A model generated the notes under the pieces. That model saw only the letters and a list, made by a program, of their open reading frames with translations. It searched no databases and was not told the origin of the DNA. Shown here piece by piece: positions 29,886 through 32,000 of a stretch of DNA of 32,000 nt. The stretch covers positions 1,410,001 to 1,442,000 of the forward strand of contig NC_015067.1 in assembly GCF_000196555.1 (NCBI RefSeq). Direction: 5' to 3'. The translations under genes were made by a program, and so were the position numbers. The stretch comes from Bifidobacterium longum subsp. longum JCM 1217 (lineage in GTDB: Bacteria > Actinomycetota > Actinomycetes > Actinomycetales > Bifidobacteriaceae). Positions within the stretch are counted from its first letter, which is position 1; the number at the start of each line of letters is the position of its first letter.

Positions 29886-31166
29886 TCACGGGTGAACGCG
29901 CAGCATGCGCTCCAGTGCCACCTTGGCTTCGCGGGCGGTGTCTTCGTCCACGGTGATGCGATTGACCACGTTGCCGGCTTCGAGGTTCTCCAAAGCCCAA
30001 GCCAGGTAGGCCGGGTGGATGCGGTACATCGTGGAGCAGGGGCAGACCACGGGGTCCAAGCAGAACACGGTCTTGTCCGGGTACTGCGCGGCCAGACGGT
30101 TCACCAGGTTGATTTCGGTGCCCACAGCAATGGCGGATCCGGCGGGCGCGTTGGCGATCTCCTTGACGATGTACGCGGTGGAGCCAGTACCGTCGGCGGC
30201 ATCGACCACCTGCATCGAGCACTCGGGGTGCACGATCACCTTGACGCCCGGGTATGCCTTGCGGGCACGTTCGACCTGTTCGACGGTGAAACGCTGGTGC
30301 ACGGAGCAGAAGCCCTTCCACAGAATCATCTTGGCGCGGGCGTAATCGGCCGGATCGGCGGCGCCGCCCTGTGCCTTGAACGGATCCCACAGCGGCATCT
30401 CGCTCAGCGGAATGCCCATCGCGCGGGCGGTATTGCGGCCCAGATGCTGGTCCGGGAAGAACAGCACGCGCTTGCCGCGGGCGAACGCCCATTCCAGCAC
30501 GGCGTGCGCATTGGAAGAGGTGCATACGATGCCGCCGTTGCGTCCGCAGAACGCCTTCAGCGCGGCGGATGAGTTCATGTAGGTGACCGGAATGATCTGC
30601 TGCAAGCCATCGGAGTCCGGCTGGGTGCCGCAGATCTCGCCGAGCTGGTCCCAGCATTCCTGGACCTGGTCGATGTTGGCCATGTCGGCCATCGAGCAGC
30701 CGGCGGACAGGTTGGGCAGGGTCACGCTCTGTTCGGGCGTGGAGAGGATGTCGGCGGTTTCGGCCATGAAGTGCACGCCGCAGAACACGATGTGGTCGGC
30801 GTCCGGGCGTTCGGTGGCGTTCTTGGCCAGCTGGAAGGAGTCGCCCACGAAATCGGCGTGCTTGATGATCTCGTCACGCTGGTAGAAGTGGCCCAGAATC
30901 AACAGTTTGGAGCCGAGACGCTGCTTGGCGTCGGAGATGCGCTGCTGCAGTTCCTCGTCGGAGGCCTTGCGGTATTCGTCCGGCAACACCTGCTGGCGCG
31001 GCGCGTTGGCGGGCAGACGGTCGAGCATCGAGGCACCGGGACCGTAGCTGGGTGTGGTGGTGTCGAAGTGCCATGGGTCCTGGGTCAGTCCTGCATCGCA
31101 GGTGCTTTGCGCGCCCAGCTTGGCGATGATCTCGTCAACGGACGGCGCAGTGAATAGTGCGGTCAT
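29886..31166 (-). CDS. nadA: Quinolinate synthase
   Basis: 426 aa with 'GVHFMAETADIL', 'AGCSMADM', 'TYMNSSAALKAF', 'CSVHQRF', 'VHPEC' and 'CPCSTMYRI'. Confidence 0.9.
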   Translation of the reverse strand: MTALFTAPSVDEIIAKLGAQSTCDAGLTQDPWHFDTTTPSYGPGASMLDRLPANAPRQQVLPDEYRKASDEELQQRISDAKQRLGSKLLILGHFYQRDEIIKHADFVGDSFQLAKNATERPDADHIVFCGVHFMAETADILSTPEQSVTLPNLSAGCSMADMANIDQVQECWDQLGEICGTQPDSDGLQQIIPVTYMNSSAALKAFCGRNGGIVCTSSNAHAVLEWAFARGKRVLFFPDQHLGRNTARAMGIPLSEMPLWDPFKAQGGAADPADYARAKMILWKGFCSVHQRFTVEQVERARKAYPGVKVIVHPECSMQVVDAADGTGSTAYIVKEIANAPAGSAIAVGTEINLVNRLAAQYPDKTVFCLDPVVCPCSTMYRIHPAYLAWALENLEAGNVVNRITVDEDTAREAKVALERMLRVHP

Positions 31167-31225
31167 AGTGGTTCCTTTCCTATATACGTCTGTGATACCG
31201 GCCCGAAGCGGGTCGGCGGGAAAAA

Positions 31226-32000
31226 TCAGATGCGCGCGGATGGGATCAGCGCGTCGAGAGCGTCTTCACGCTCGCCTTGTCTGGACAGTTCCACGATGTC
31301 GTCACCATCGGATTCGTGGGGCGTACCGTTCTCGACAGGTCGTTTGGGGATGTAGCGGTAGACGGTGGCCGGTCGTTGGCGGCCTTCGCGCATCTTCTCC
31401 CCGGTGTCTTCAAGGTCGCCCGAGGCAAGCATTTTGCGGCGGAAGTTCGCCAAGTCGAGGGGTTCGCCGCCAATCGCCTCATAGACGCCGTGCAGTTGGC
31501 GCAGGGTGAACGTGGGGCCGAGCAGTCGGGTGGCCACGTCGGAGTATTCGATTTTGGAGCGCAGGCGGAGCAGCGCGTAGTCGATGATCTGGCGATGGTC
31601 GAACGCCAGCTCGGGCAGTTCGTCTTCGGGGAACCATCGTACGTTGTCACCGTCCTCGAAGCCCGCGGCCTCGGTCTGGCCGACGAGCGCCCAGTACACG
31701 ACGGATACCATGGGCAATCCGCCATGGGACCGGGTCGGGCCTCCAAAGGTGTACAGCTGTTCGAGGTATCGCGGGTGCAGGTCTGTGGTCGATTCGAGGG
31801 CCGCGTAGGCAGACTGTTCCAACGACCGGTCGGAGCGCAGGTCACCGCCGGGCAACGCCCAGCAGCCCAGGAACGGCTGACGGACGCGCTTGACCAGGGG
31901 CAACCAGAGACAGGAATGGGCCGAGTTCGCGGCGTTGCCGGAATCGGCGGCACTGTTGCCGGTATCGCCTTCCGGGCCGAGTGCCAGAATCACCACTGAC
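31226..32000 (-). CDS. nrtR: NrtR-family Nudix-related transcriptional regulator of NAD metabolism (N-terminus outside the window)
   Basis: Nudix-like 'LWLPLVKRVRQPFLGCWALPGG' plus a C-terminal winged-helix region 'FTLRQLHGVYEAIGGEPLDLANFRRKM'. The frame is still open at the window edge. Confidence 0.8.
   Translation of the reverse strand, partial: SVVILALGPEGDTGNSAADSGNAANSAHSCLWLPLVKRVRQPFLGCWALPGGDLRSDRSLEQSAYAALESTTDLHPRYLEQLYTFGGPTRSHGGLPMVSVVYWALVGQTEAAGFEDGDNVRWFPEDELPELAFDHRQIIDYALLRLRSKIEYSDVATRLLGPTFTLRQLHGVYEAIGGEPLDLANFRRKMLASGDLEDTGEKMREGRQRPATVYRYIPKRPVENGTPHESDGDDIVELSRQGEREDALDALIPSARI

Noticed and set aside
31167-31225. Candidate NrtR operator in the nrtR-nadA spacer (TATATACGTCTGTGATA).
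   Set aside because: Symmetry is limited to the terminal TAT/ATA bases. I cannot reproduce a credible NrtR-type palindrome, and the spacer mainly holds a small hairpin and the nadA RBS.

Overview
High-GC actinobacterial chromosome segment. Gene content, synteny and hairpin style look Bifidobacterium-like, but that is inference only. Nearly all genes are on the minus strand and most are core housekeeping. In coordinate order: the 3' end of a GmrSD/DUF1524-like gene; a lower-GC PIN toxin plus RelB/DinJ-type antitoxin pair; aconitase; a P-type cation ATPase; a lipoprotein; a RumA/TrmA-type RNA methyltransferase; DUF3159 and DUF3710 genes; exonuclease III; an Opp/Dpp-type peptide ABC transporter (SBP, two permeases, fused double ATPase); XerC-type recombinase; a small conserved ORF; pheA-tyrA; a small membrane protein; typA/bipA; and an NAD cluster (nrtR-nadA-nadB-nadC-nifS-like-MFS). 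I saw no CRISPR array, rRNA, tRNA, transposase or phage genes. Four things deserve a second look. (1) A family of about 50-bp GC-rich palindromic elements (core GCTCCCCTC-loop-GAGGGGAGC) occurs downstream of acn and between nadA and nadB. Its core hairpin also occurs alone at terminator positions. (2) An inverted pair of these elements sits in-frame inside the P-type ATPase ORF and adds roughly 40 codons. (3) An in-frame TGA splits the first peptide-transporter permease gene. (4) A small accessory islet at the left edge holds the GmrSD-like/RAMA-like gene and the TA module with a perfect 9-1-9 operator palindrome. I could not identify a clear multi-gene novel system. All domain calls are by eye from the translations, with no searches run.
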